The notes beneath the pieces are model-generated. The model ran no database searches. It had not been told where the DNA came from and worked only from the letters and a program-made list of their open reading frames with translations. Shown piece by piece: positions 1-12,302 of a DNA stretch of 64,000 nt (the stretch's first letter is position 1; each line of letters begins with the position of its first letter). The position numbers and the translations under genes were made by a program. This stretch comes from Macrostomum lignano (taxonomy: Eukaryota): contig NIVC01000301.1 of NCBI GenBank assembly GCA_002269645.1, positions 294,460 through 358,459 of the forward strand, given 5' to 3'.

Positions 1-105
1 TTGGCGCGGATGAGATCGTGTTGATGTGGCAGAGCCTCAAGTGCACCGTGTACTTGCGTGCGTATGTACAATGTACCTCGATTTGTATTCAAGCATTAAT
101 TCAGA

Positions 106-290
106 AATGATGAAGCTTCACTAAGCCCAGCATCTTCATAAATCCCGATGAAGCTTCACTAGGCCCAGTATCTTAGAAATCCTGATGAAGCTTCATTAAC
201 CCAGTATCTTGAGAAATCCTGATGAAGCTTCACTAAGCCCAGCATCTTGAGAAATCCTGATGAAGCTTCACTAACCCAGTATTTTATGGA
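106..290. repeat. ~38-bp minisatellite, about 5 copies
   Basis: Unit ctgatgaagcttcactaagcccagcatcttgagaaatc with a TGAAGCTTCA palindrome. Confidence 0.8.
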
Positions 291-1084
291 GCAAGAAGCT
301 CATCAAAATCTTAATTAAAAAATCCAGCAGTTTTCAAAGGAAAATCTTGCAAGCCCTTGCACAGTCACCGGCATAGCAATTATAAATGCTGCTCAACTGT
401 GTACTCGAGTCATTAGCATCGAATATTCAGGTGCTATGCGTCGATCACCGTCACCAGTCATTAGTTACTCGCTCACCTGTACTCACATGTATTATAATTT
501 CTACCGCAGAAACTACTGAGACCTGTTGAGTCACTTGCTGAAGCAGCAATTCTATTTCAATAAAAAATTAACCGATCGCTTTTTTACTGATGTCTTGAAC
601 TTTCTGCTTTCGCCAGTTGTAACCGGCCGCATTAGCTAATTATGCAATATAAACTGTGTATTCAAAGTCGCGCCAAAATTCATTAACAGTTTTAGGCAAA
701 CTCTGCTTTCTCTTGCGCTGCTAGTAAACTTAAATTAACTGTTTCTCTTTTTGTTCTCTGTGATCCCACGTATTTATCCCATTGACTGCGGGCAGTGCGT
801 GTGCATGAGGGGCAACTTCCACTTGCACCGGCTTTGCCCGACAGATTGTTTTTGCTGAATATGCCTAAAAGTAGATATTTAGCTATTTATACTACTGCTG
901 CTGTGCCCTGCCCTGCACCCTGTTGAATGATTTTAGCCCAGAAATCATTTGATCAATTATTATCAATTATATTTACATCACGTATTCTTTTTTCCGCGAA
1001 AGAACGGATTTTCTTATTTAAAAACTCTTCTGTTTAGCTTTTTATGCTTCATCGCCTCGGCCAGGCCAATTCCAGTCCCGAACT

Positions 1085-2655
1085 GAATAATCACCATTAC
1101 CCCCATCCCACACTGATTAATCCCCATTATCCCAGTCCCGAACTGAATAATCACATTATCCCCATCCCACACTGATTAATCCCCATCCCACACTGATTAA
1201 TCCCCATTATCCCCATCCCACACTGATTAATCCCCATTATCCCAATCCCGCACTAAATAATCCGCATTATCCCCATCCCACACTGATTAATCCCCATTAT
1301 CCCCATCCCACACTGATTAATCCCCATTATCCCCATCCCACACTGATTAATCCCCATTATCCCCATCCCACACTGATTAATCCCCATTATCCCAATCCCA
1401 CACTGATTAATCCCCATTATCCCCATCCCACACTGATTAATCCCATTATCCCCATCCCACACTGATTAATCCCCATTATCCCCATCCCACACTGATTAAT
1501 CCCCATTATCCCCATCCCACACTGATTAATCCCATTATCCCCATCGCACACTGATTAATCCCCATTATCCCCATCCCACACTGATTAATCCCCATTATCC
1601 CCATCCCACACTGATTAATCCCCATTATCCCCATCCCACACTGATTAATCCCCATTATCCCCATCCCACACTGATTAATCCCCATTATCCCCATCCCACA
1701 CTGATTAATCCCCATTATCCCCATCCCACACTGATTAATCCCTATTATCCCCATCCCACACTGATTAATCCCTATTATCCCAATTCCGCACTGATTAATC
1801 TCCATTATCCCAATCCCGCACTAAATAATCCGCATTATTCCCATCCCACACTGATTAATCCCCATTATCCCCATCCCACACTGATTAATCCCCATTATCC
1901 CAATCCCGCACTAAATAATCCGCATTATCCCCATCCCACACTAAATAATCCCCATTATCCCAATCCCGCACTAAATAATCCGCATTACCCCCATCCCACA
2001 CTGATTAATCCCCATTATCCCAATCCCGCACTAAATAATCCGCATTACCCCCATCCCACACTGATTAATCCCTATTATCCCAATCCCGCACTAAATAATC
2101 TGCATTATCCCATCCCACACTGATTAATTCCCATTATCCCAATCCTGCACTAAATAATTCGCATTGTCCCCATCCCACGCTGAGTAATCCCCATCCCACA
2201 CTAAATAATCCCCATCCCACTGAATAATCCCCATCCCACACTGAATAATCCCCATCCTAAACTGAATAATCCCCATCCCACACTGAATAATCCCCATCCT
2301 AAACTGAATAATCCCCATCCCACACTGAATAATCCCCATCCCACACTGAACAATCCCCATCCCACACTGAATAATCCCCATCCCACACTGAGTAATCCCC
2401 ATCCTACACTGAATAATCCCCATCCCACACTGAATAATCCCCATCCCACACTGAATAATCCCCATCCCACACTGAATAATCCCTATCCCACACTGAATAA
2501 TCCCTATCCCACACTGAATAATCCCTATCCCACACTGAATAATCCCCATCCCACACTAAATAATCCCATCCCACACTGAATAATCCCTATCCCACACTGA
2601 ATAATCTCCATCCCACACTGAATAATCCCCATCCCACACTGAATAATCCCCATCC
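1085..2655. repeat. Compound minisatellite: 30-bp unit switching to a 21-bp unit at ~2185
   Basis: ccccatcccacactgattaatccccattat then ccccatcccacactgaataat. Confidence 0.95.
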
Positions 2656-2677
2656 GACTTTCAGCTGACCCCTGGCA

Positions 2678-3718
2678 ATGCGGTTCGCCTTTGCCCAGGA
2701 GCTGCTCAGCGACGGTTTTGACGGCCCCGCTGATGAGTGCCGACGCAGCGGCCACGCCCTCGCCCTGGCCGGCGGCCGCGTCTTTGCCGTTGGCGGTGGC
2801 CAATTCGCCGCCATCTCGCCGCCGATGCTGCAGTTCGACCTGGCCGCCGGCCGCTGGACTCTGCTGAACGCTGCCGGCGATGCGCCCGACGCCGACGTCG
2901 CTGGCTGCGTGCTGTTCGCTGACGGCCGCGCCAGCCTGCTGGCTTTTGGCGGCCGGCTTGGCGGGGGCCGACTGAGCGACAAGCTGTTTCGTCTGGATCT
3001 TCGCCAGCGTCGGTGGATGCTCGCGGCACAAGTCGGTCCGGATCGTCCAGCGCCTCGTTCCGGCGCCCTGGCCTGCGGCGTCGGCCACCGGCTGTACCTG
3101 ATGTCCGGCGACGCGGGTGGCGAACACGGCGGCGGCATCGGATGCTCCCGGCGAAGCGCCGACCTGTGGCAGCTGGACGCCGCCCAGTGCCGGTGGACGC
3201 GCCTGCCGGATCCTCCAATTGAAGTCGCCGAGTCTGCCGACTGTCTGTCCGGTGTCGGCGCTGACTGCCTGTTCGCCGTTGGCGGCGGCTGCTGCTGGCA
3301 GTTTGACTTGTTCACCAGACGGTGGAGCCGGGTGCCGGTGTCCCGTCCTGCAGGCTGGGGTGACGATTGCTTCATCATCTTTGACGATGAGGAGACTGGC
3401 AGCCATAGGTCGCGTAGGCTGTTGGCGGCAACTGCGGGTGGCGGTCGGCAGCTGTTCGTTCTTGGTTGCGATGGAGCCGTTGACAGCTTGGACACCTGCC
3501 TAGCAACTGCCTGGCAACCGGTGCCGCCTGCGGATTCAGCTGCTGTGGCCGGCCTTCCGCGATACCTGGCGGCTGCGTGCACCTACACCGCCGATGCCGC
3601 CGACGCTTCGGACAGTGCCGGCAGCTTCGGCCTGCTGGTGCAGGGCGGCCTCGCCTGGCCGAGTGGACGGCCGCTGGCCGACCTGCAGCTGCTGCGATTT
3701 CGCGAGCAGATCGTTTGA
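2678..3718 (+). CDS. Kelch-repeat (beta-propeller) domain-containing protein, intronless, 346 aa
   Basis: GC-rich ORF with repeated Kelch signatures (RSGHALALAGGRVFAVGG...FDLAAGRW; LLAFGG...LFRLDLRQRRW; PAPRSGALACGVGHRLYLMSG...LWQLDAAQCRWTRLP). An acceptor-like ACTTTCAG ends at 2664, 14 nt before the ATG. Confidence 0.75.
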   Translation: MRFAFAQELLSDGFDGPADECRRSGHALALAGGRVFAVGGGQFAAISPPMLQFDLAAGRWTLLNAAGDAPDADVAGCVLFADGRASLLAFGGRLGGGRLSDKLFRLDLRQRRWMLAAQVGPDRPAPRSGALACGVGHRLYLMSGDAGGEHGGGIGCSRRSADLWQLDAAQCRWTRLPDPPIEVAESADCLSGVGADCLFAVGGGCCWQFDLFTRRWSRVPVSRPAGWGDDCFIIFDDEETGSHRSRRLLAATAGGGRQLFVLGCDGAVDSLDTCLATAWQPVPPADSAAVAGLPRYLAAACTYTADAADASDSAGSFGLLVQGGLAWPSGRPLADLQLLRFREQIV

Positions 3719-3764
3719 GATTTTTTTACTTTGCCGGTTGCTGATGGGCAAGTTGCAGAGTGGA

Positions 3765-4262
3765 CAGGTTGCGGAGTGGACAGGTTGCCAAGTGGACAGG
3801 TTGCCAAGTGGACAGGTTGCCGAGTGGACAAGTTGCCGAGTAGACAGGTTGAAAAGTGGACAGGTTGGGGAGTGGACAGGTTGCGGAGTGGACAGGTTGC
3901 GGAGTGGACAGGTTGCGGAGTGGACAGGTTGCCGAGTGGACAGGTTGCAGAGTGGACAGGTTGCAGAGTGGACAGGTTGCGGAGTGGACAGGTTGCGAAG
4001 TGGACAGGTTGCCGAGTGGACAGGTTGCCGAGTGGACAGGTTGCGAAGTGGACAGGTTGCGGAGTGGACAGGTTGCGGAGTGGACACGTTGAGAAGTGGA
4101 CAGGTTGAGAAGTGGACAGGTTGAGAAGTGGACAGGTTGCGGAGTGGACAGGTTGAGAAGTGGACAGGTTGCGGAGTGGACAGGGTGAGAAGTGGACAGG
4201 TTGGGGAGTGGACAAGTTAGGGAGTGGACAGGTTAGGGAGTGGACAGGTTGGGGAGTGGACA
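3765..4262. repeat. 16-bp minisatellite
   Basis: agtggacaggttgc(g/c)(g/a), about 30 copies, starting ~45 nt after the Kelch stop. Confidence 0.95.
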
Positions 4263-4883
4263 CGAGTTAATACTTTCTATATATTAATTAAACAGGTGTA
4301 TTATTCATCTAAAGAAGCATTATTTGTTATAATTAAGCTTGAATCTATTTTTATATCTTTATCTGTGATTGTATATGCATAGTCTATTATTGCTCCTATA
4401 TGCATTATTAGCCTTAAATTGACTTTTATTCATATTGCGCATGCGAAATGTATAATTTCAAACGTTCTTACTCTTACAGCTTGATATGCGCGTTAATATT
4501 GTTCAGTATTGGTTACTCTTTTATTACGAGCTTAACTCTAACTCTGCCTTTACTGGTAGCAGTTGCATTGCACTGCTGCTTGCTGTACTAACTTATAATA
4601 AGATTATCATAATAAGTAAAATCCCTAGCATTGTTAGCAACATTTTTATAAACATTCCTTTTTCCATTTTTATCAACTAGATGTCTTACTATTATTTTAA
4701 TGTCTTTTAATGGTTTACAAATACATTCATATAAGCTTTGTATACTACTAATAGTCAACTTGATTCATTTGATCCATTTTAACTTTTTAGAGCTTAAAAA
4801 GAGAAGCTTTAGCTTTAGCACCAATCTATCGCTTGAGTTTGGTTAAGCAAAGTTTTACTTTGGCCAGTACGCAATGAATAACG

Positions 4884-5007
4884 GGCAGACAGACAGACAG
4901 ACAGACAGGCAGACACAGACAGACACTAAAACAGACAGTCAAGCAGACACAGACAGACAGACAGACAGACACCAAGACAGACAGACAGACGGACAGACAG
5001 ACAGACG

Positions 5008-5047
<40 letters not shown>

Positions 5048-5113
5048 AACACACAGACAGACAAACACACAGACAAAGACAGACAGGCAGACAGACAGAC
5101 AGACACACAGACA
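4884..5113. repeat. (GACA)n microsatellite
   Basis: Direct reading. Confidence 0.95.
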
Positions 5114-5149
5114 GTCCCCACCTGCCCCACCCGAACCCGCAGCCAGCCG

Positions 5150-5590
5150 ATGCCGTCAGCTGTCCCAGCCGTGCAGCTCCTGCCTCGCCTTTGCGCCGCC
5201 CGGCGCGCCACCGCCGCCGCCGCCATGGCCGCCTGGCGCCGCGGCCTCAGCAGCTCCAGCGGTGCCGTCACCACCACAACAGCCAAGGCTGCGGCAGTGG
5301 ACATGCCCGACTCCGCCTTCGAGGAGACGCACACCGGGCAGCGCTTTGAGCCGGGCGACTACCGCCTGGCCAGGTTCGTGGGCAAGCAGAAGCTGATCAA
5401 CAAGCAGCAGGCCATCGACCTCGTGCACGAGGTGCCCCCAATCCCCAGTCAGGACCGCGTCGTCCACTGCGACGGCGGCGACCCGGCTCTCGGGCATCCG
5501 CGGGTGTACATCAACCTGGACGGGCCGGGGCCGCACATCTGCGGCTACTGCGGCCTGAGGTACTTCTACGAGGACAAGCACCACCACTGA
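5150..5590 (+). CDS. NDUFS6: NADH dehydrogenase (ubiquinone) Fe-S protein 6, mitochondrial complex I subunit, 146 aa, intronless
   Basis: ATG at 5150 gives an Arg/Ala-rich presequence, then [26 protein letters not shown]...[32 protein letters not shown] (zf-CHCC Zn site). The track ORF's extension upstream to 4874 is just the (GACA)n repeat. Confidence 0.95.
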   Translation: MPSAVPAVQLLPRLCAARRATAAAAMAAWRRGLSSSSGAVTTTTAKAAAVDMPDSAFEETHTGQRFEPGDYRLARFVGKQKLINKQQAIDLVHEVPPIPSQDRVVHCDGGDPALGHPRVYINLDGPGPHICGYCGLRYFYEDKHHH

Positions 5591-5959
5591 GCGTGCGGAG
5601 TATTGGCTTGGGTGGGCCTGCAGCATGCCTAGCCTTGACTATGCTTAGAAACCTATTATCATTACTATTAACTAGCTAAAGTCCCTCAGTCCCTGCCGTT
5701 TTGCGACTGTGTACAATTTAGTTCCCCATGTCCATGCAAATATATGAGGATTCACGGAGCATAGCAACAGCTTCCCGTGCGATAAATCCCGCTTAGAGAT
5801 TCTCTAAATGCACGCGATTTTGTTGGGAATATCTTTTCTAATCTGCCCTCCTAAAGCTCTGATATTTGAGCTGATGTGTATCTGGAATATCTCCCATAGG
5901 TTTGTCTTCGTAGGCCCCTTGACTCTCATTTGCCCTCTTCATGATCATCTCACTCTTGA

Positions 5960-6690
5960 TATCTTCTTCATCTCACCTTGATTCCCTTTTATTTCACATT
6001 GATTCCCCTTCATCTCACCTTGATTCCCCTTCATCTCACCTTGATATCTTCTTCATCTCACCTTGATTCCCCTTCATCTCACCTTAACTCCTCATCATCT
6101 CACCTTGATTCCCCTTCATCTCACCTTGATTCCCCTTCATCTCACCTTGATTCCCCTTCATCTCACCTTGATTTCCCTTCATCTCACCTTGATTCCCCTT
6201 CATCTCACCTTGATTCCCCCTCATCTCATTTTGATTCCCCTTCATCTCACCTTGATTTCCCTTCATCTCACCTTGATTCCCCTTCATCTCACCTTGATCC
6301 CCCTTCATCTCACCTTTATTTCCCTTCATCTCACCTTGATTTCCCTTAATCTCACCTTGATTTCCCTTCATCTCACCTTGATTCCCCTTCATCTCACCTT
6401 GATTTCCCTTCATCTCACCTTGATTCCCCTTCATCTCACCTTGATTCCCCTTCATCAGTGGTTCGCCTTCATATCACATTGATTTCCATTCATCTCACCT
6501 TAACTCCTCATCGTGTTACCTTGATATTTTCTTCATCTCACCTTGATTCCCCCTCATCTCACTTTGATTCCCTTTCATCTCACCTTGATTCCCCTTCATC
6601 GGTGATTCGCCTTCATCTCATATTGATTCCCATTCATCTCATCTTGATTTCCATTCATCTCACCCTGGTTCCCATTCATCTGACCTCGCC
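5960..6690. repeat. 21-bp pyrimidine-rich minisatellite
   Basis: catctcaccttgattcccctt, between NDUFS6 and AFG3L2. Confidence 0.95.
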
Positions 6691-6841
6691 TCCCCATCAT
6701 CACTCCCCAACCCGAGAGAAACTGGTTGCTTCCTACAAATGCAACCCGAAGGCCAGCCCAGCCACTGCATCCACCGCCCACCCTTGCTGCGCTGAGCGGC
6801 TCGCCCACTAACCGGCTGCAATCGCACGCAAAAGAAGAGCA

Positions 6842-9800
6842 ATGCTGAAGGCAGTGCCGCACCTGGTCCGCTGCGCCAACTGCCAGGCGCGAGCGCTCAC
6901 CTTCTACCGTCTCTACTGTCAGGGCGGCACCGGCGGCAGCAGCGGCGGCGGCGGTCGCCGGCCGAAAGGTTTTGACAAATTCTTCGACAAAGCCAAGCAG
7001 AGCGGCGCCGCTGCCAAGCAGCCGCCGGCAGCCGAAGGCGAGAAGCCGCCACCGAAAAGTGCTCAATCGGCGTCTTCATCGAAGTCGTCCTCGAAGCCGC
7101 CGCCGCCGCCGCCTCCGAAGAAACCGTCGATGTCCGGGTCGCCGCCGGAGGGATTCGACGAGTTCAAGCGGCAGCTTAACGAGCAGTGGTCGAAGTTCTT
7201 CTCTAGCGGCAGCGCCGGCGGCGGCAGTGGCGGAGGTGGCGGCGGAGGCGACGGCTCAGACCTGCTGAGGTCGGCGATGATGCTGGTGGGAGCCGCGGGC
7301 CTGGTCGGCCTGGTGTACGCGCTCAACTATGCGGGACAGTTCAAAGAGATCACCTGGAAGGAGTTTGTTAACGACTACCTGTCTAAGGGGCTTGTCGGTC
7401 AACTGGAGGTGCGTCTTTAAGCAGCAGGAGTGTCCAGTTCATTTTTAGCTACTTAGTTAGTAGTATAATGCTCAGTTTTTTCTGGATTTTTAATGCTATT
7501 TTATAATCGTGCGATTTAATAGCTAATAAAATGTCTTGTAAATCTGTCTATGTAGCTCGTACATAGTTTGAACAAAAGGGTCACTAGCGGAGTGAAATAG
7601 TGCATTCGCCCGCTAGCGCTGTAAGTTAAGCAGGAAGTTGGCTGGGGTTAGCTGTAATTTAAGATAAGCAGTTTGTTGCATCACATCTCCCAAGTCAGCA
7701 AGCGTATGCAAATTTGGGCAGTGAGATTTGGTAAGGAGTAGGCTGAGATTTGATGAGGGGTGGGTGAGATTTGGTGAGGAGTGGGTCGAGATTTGATGAG
7801 AGGTGGTAGGGTGAGATTTAATGAGAGGTGGTGTGAGGTCTGGTAAGGAGTAGGGTGAGATTTGTTGAGGGGTGGGGTGCGATTTGGTGAGGGATAGGGG
7901 TGAGATTTAGTGAGGGATAGGGTGAGATTTGTTGAGGGATAGGGGTGAGATTTACGTAGTGAGGGATAGAGTGAGATTTGGTGAGGGGTGGGTGAGATTT
8001 GGTGAGGGATAGGGTGACATTTGGTGAGGGATAGGGTGACATTTGGTGAGGGATAGCGTGAGATTTGGTGAGAAGTGGGGTGAGATTTAGTGAGGGATAG
8101 AGTGATTTTGTGAGGGATAGGGTGAGATTTGGTGAGGGGTTAAGTGAGATTTGATAACGGGTGGGTGAGGTCTGATGTGGTTTTGGGCAAGATTTAATGA
8201 AGGTTTTGGTGAGATTTTATGAGGGATGGAGTGAGACTTGATGAGAAATTGGGTGAGATTTGGTTATGGGTGGGTTGAGATTTGATGAGGGGTGGTTGAA
8301 GTTTGATAAGACACAGGGTAAGACTCAAACAGAGGAGTGGAGTAAGTTTCATAAATTATCTAATACCTTATAACATTCTAATGAAGCAAATTTATAGACA
8401 GTAACAATTTGATGAGTTTTGAAGCCCTGCAGCCTCGTTAGTCATAATGATAATAATAACATTAATATTAATAACCCGCAGGTGGTCAATCGCGAGTGGG
8501 TCCGCGTGGTGCCCACCGAGGCCAGCCCGGACGGCCTGGTCCGCTGGTTCGCCCTCGGCTCCGTTGAATCGTTTGAGAAAAGCCTTCGGGCAGCCGAGGA
8601 CTGGCAGCAGGTGCCGCCGGAGCAGCGGATCAGCGTGGTGTACAAGAACAACAGCACCTCGCAGTCCAGCGCCATGTCAACGCTGAGCACCGGCTTCTTC
8701 ATGCTGCTAAGCGCCTGGTTCGCCATGCGCATCCTGAGCGGCATGCGCGGCGGCACCGGCGGCTTCCGCTCCGGCAAGCAGGGCGGCGGCATGTCCCGCT
8801 TCAGCCCGTTCGGCAGCTTCACCCAGTCCACCGTCAAGCTGGTGGAGAAGGACCAGATCAAGGTCGGCTTCAAGGACGTGGCCGGCTGCGACGAGGCCAA
8901 GACGGAGATAATCGAGTTTGTCAACTTCCTGCGCCGGCCGGAGCAGTACCGGGCGCTTGGCGCCAAAATCCCGCGCGGCGCCATTTTGAAAGGCCCACCG
9001 GGCACCGGCAAGACTCTGCTGGCCAAGGCCACCGCCGGCGAGGCCAACGTGCCGTTTCTGTCTGTCAGCGGCTCCGAGTTCCAGGAGATGTTTGTCGGCG
9101 TCGGGCCCAGCCGGGTGCGCGACATGTTCGCCACGGCGCGGCGCAAGGCGCCCTGCATCCTGTTCATCGACGAGATTGACGCTATCGGGCGCAAGCGGTC
9201 TGGCCGGAGTTTCGGCGGCAGCAGCGAGCAGGAAAACACGCTGAACCAGCTGCTGGTGGAGATGGACGGTGAGTAATATATAAATCCTGTGCTCGAATCC
9301 TGCACGGTTGAGCAGTCTCACTTTGTTTTTCGTGCGTGCGATGGGTTTTCGTGCGATCCACAGCCATGGGGGCCAACACCCAAAACGCACAGGGAGTGAA
9401 TTGACAGAATTGCCTCAGAGCTGGTTGTAGCACAATGTGGCTTAACTTAGTGATTAGAGCATCTGACTCACGACTGAAAGGTCGGGGGTTCGATTCTCGA
9501 CCCACTTGTGTCCTTGAGCAAGACTCTATTATACTTTATAGTATAATTATACGAGTATTATCTATTGAAGCGACCTAAAATTGGACCTCTTGCCCGGGCC
9601 CGCAGGCTTCGACACCAAAGCCAACGTGGTGGTGCTGGCCGCCACGAACCGCATCGACGTGCTGGACCCGGCCCTGCTGCGGCCCGGCCGGTTCGACCGC
9701 CAGGTCTACGTCGAACTGCCTGACATCAAAGGCCGGGCCGCCATTTTCCGTGTCCACCAGAAGCCGTTGAAACTTGACGACGGTCTGGACACCAAGGATC

Positions 9801-12302
9801 TGTCTCAGAAGCTGGCCGCCAGGACTCCCGGCTTCTCTGGGGCGGACATCGCCAATGTGTGCAACGAGGCTGCGCTGATCGCCGCCAGGGACTGCAACCA
9901 GGCCATCTACTGGAAGCACTTCGAGGCCGCCATTGACCGCGTCATTGCCGGCCTGGAGAAGAAGACTCAGGTGGGCATTGCCGGAGACATTAGGAGACCT
10001 GATTGAGTTCTTTAGAGGGGCTGGGGTGTAGTGGACCTTCGGGACCCGATTGAGGACCTTTGGGACCTGATTGAGGACTTTCGGGACCCGATTGCGAACC
10101 TTCTAAACCTGATTGAGGACCTTTGAGACCCGATTGAGGACATTTGGGACCTGATTGAGGACCTTTGGGATCCAATTGGGGACCTTCGGAACCCGATTGA
10201 GGACCTTCGGAACCCGATTGAGGACCTTCGGAACCCGATTGAGGACCTTCGGAACCCGATTGAGGACCTTCGGAACCCGATTGAGGATTTTCGGAACCCG
10301 ATTGAGGACATTTGGGACCTGATTGAGGACCTTCGGAACCCGATTGAGGACCTTCCGAACCCGATTGAGGACCTTCCGAACCCGATTGAGGACCTTCCGA
10401 ACCCGATTGAGGACCTTCCGAACCCGATTGAGGACCTTCCGAACCCGATTGAGGACCTTCCGAACCCGATTGAGGACTTAATTGCATTAAGAATCTGATT
10501 GGGTTTAGCGGAGAGACCTGGTTAAGGATCTCGATGGATGCGCTTAGCCTAGAATCCTAGCCTGTATCCTAGTCTTAGGAATGCAGGTGAGCACAGATCA
10601 CTCTCCATCTCACCCCCCGCCAGGTGCTGTCCCCGGAGGAGAAGCGCACAGTCAGCGTGCACGAGGCCGGTCACGCCGTGGCCGGGTGGTTTCTTGAACA
10701 CTGCTATCCGCTGCTCAAGGTCAGCATCATTCCCCGGGGCAAAGCGCTTGGCTACGCCCAGTACCAGCCTAGGGACGTGTACCTGATGACCCCGGAGATG
10801 ATGCACCAGCAGATGGTGATGACGATGGGCGGCCGGGCTGCTGAGCAGGTGTTCTTCAACAAGTTCTCGAACGGTGCCCAGGACGACTTGCAGAAGGTGA
10901 GTTACCTTTATTGAGTTTAATTCTCAGATATTTATATCTCTGTACTCCTAGGCACAGGGGTTTTGCACACTGCTTGACGGCAGCACCGCTGTGCACCCTG
11001 TGTGAGCGTGTGCCTGCGTGAGTACACATAAGTGCGTGCTCGGCGGTCAGCGGAATCAAGGTCTACGAAAATCTACTGCCACAAATCTACTGCAGACCCT
11101 AACCCGAACCTAAACCCTGAGCTTAAACTAAACTCCAACCTAAACCCTGCCATAATCTTAACCCTAACCTAAACCTAAGACAACCAAAATACCAACCAAC
11201 CGAAACCTAACCCCAACCTAAACTTAAGCCTAAGCCAACTAAAATACAACCTAAACCCCAACCTAAACCCCAGCCTAAACCGCAACCTATAAACCGCAAC
11301 TTAAACCCAGCCTAAACCCCAACTTAAACCCAGCCTAAACCCCGACTTAAACCCAGCCTAAACCCCAACTTAAACCCAGCCTAAACCCCAACTTAAACCC
11401 AGCCTAAACCCCAACTTAAACCCAGCCTAAACCGCGACCTAAACCCCTACTTAAACCCAGCCTAAACCCCAACTTAAACCCAGCCTAAACCCTCTACTTA
11501 AACTCAACCTAAACCCCAACTTAAACCCAGCCTAAACCCCTACTTAAACCCAGCCTAAACCCCTAATTAAACTCATCCTAAACCCCTACTTAAACCCAGC
11601 CTAAACCCCTACTTAAACCCAGCCTAAACCCCTACTTAAACTCAACCTAAACCCTAACCCTAACCTAAAACCTGGGCAGGCAATGGCCTCGCTGCCGCGT
11701 TCGACTGTCCCCTCGATTTGCGGCAGCGCACCAAAGTACACAAATTTATCAAAGCTCCAGGACTTTTACCTTGCATGGTGATGATGGAAACCAGCCTCAC
11801 ATTTCCTGCTCACTGCCCCCGTCCCCTCTCCCTACAGGTGACGAAGTCCGCCTACACTCAGGTGGCTCAGCTGGGCTTCAGCGACAAGCTCGGCCACCTG
11901 AGCTACTCGCAGGAACAGGAGGGCTTCCAGAAGCCGTTCTCCGAGGCCACCGCCGCCCTCATTGACGAGGAGGTGAAGCTGCTGATCAGCCGGGCTTGGC
12001 AGGACGCGGTGGCGCTGCTGACTGAGAAGCGAGCCCAGGTGCAGGCCGTGGCTGACCGCCTGCTGGAGCGGGAGAGCATCGACAAGGAGGACCTCATCCA
12101 GCTGCTTGGCGAGCGCCCATTTGTCGAGAAGGTCACCTACGAGGAGCTGACGGCGGGCACCGGGGCGGACGGCGAGTTGGAGCTGCCGGAGGGCCTGAAG
12201 GACTGGAATAAGCCGGTTGAGGAGCCCGCCGACAAGGAGCAGAGGGCGGACTCGCCGCCGCCTCCGACCCGTCCCAGTGTTAACGGTGGCGGCGGCAGCT
12301 GA
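6842..12302 (+). CDS. AFG3L2: Mitochondrial m-AAA protease subunit AFG3-like 2; exons 6842-7408, 8482-9268, 9606-9970, 10624-10896, 11838-12302 (818 aa)
   Basis: All introns are GT-AG and phase-consistent (2457 nt). Motifs: [15 protein letters not shown], Walker A GPPGTGKT, Walker [32 protein letters not shown], Zn-protease HEAGH, two TM segments and a mitochondrial presequence. Confidence 0.95.
7720..8310. repeat. ~22-bp G-rich degenerate minisatellite in AFG3L2 intron 1
   Basis: ggtgagatttggtgagggatag. Confidence 0.85.
9437..9524 (+). mobile_element. Truncated tRNA-derived SINE in AFG3L2 intron 2
   Basis: A-box/D-arm-like TAGTGATTAGAGC, anticodon-arm-like TCTGACTCACGA, B-box GGTTCGATTC (9487-9496), then GTGTCCTTGAGCAAGAC resembling the start of the CORE domain. 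No intact acceptor stem, so not a functional tRNA. Confidence 0.65.
10030..10480. repeat. 21-bp minisatellite in AFG3L2 intron 3
   Basis: gaggaccttcggaacccgatt. Confidence 0.95.
11095..11675. repeat. 23-bp telomere-like minisatellite in AFG3L2 intron 4
   Basis: aaacccagcctaaaccccaactt, with CCCTAA hexamers at the edges. Confidence 0.9.

Noticed and set aside
1-57. Possible tail of an upstream exon (GADEIVLMWQSLKCTVYL followed by GTGCGT)
   Set aside because: Too short, no recognisable homology, and its phase does not join the Kelch reading frame
1253-2549. MGIMGINQCG / MGIIQCG repeat ORFs
   Set aside because: Translations of the 30-bp and 21-bp minisatellites; stop-free by chance in several frames
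9437-9503. Functional tRNA gene
   Set aside because: Acceptor and anticodon stems do not pair properly and a SINE-like body follows; called a SINE fragment instead
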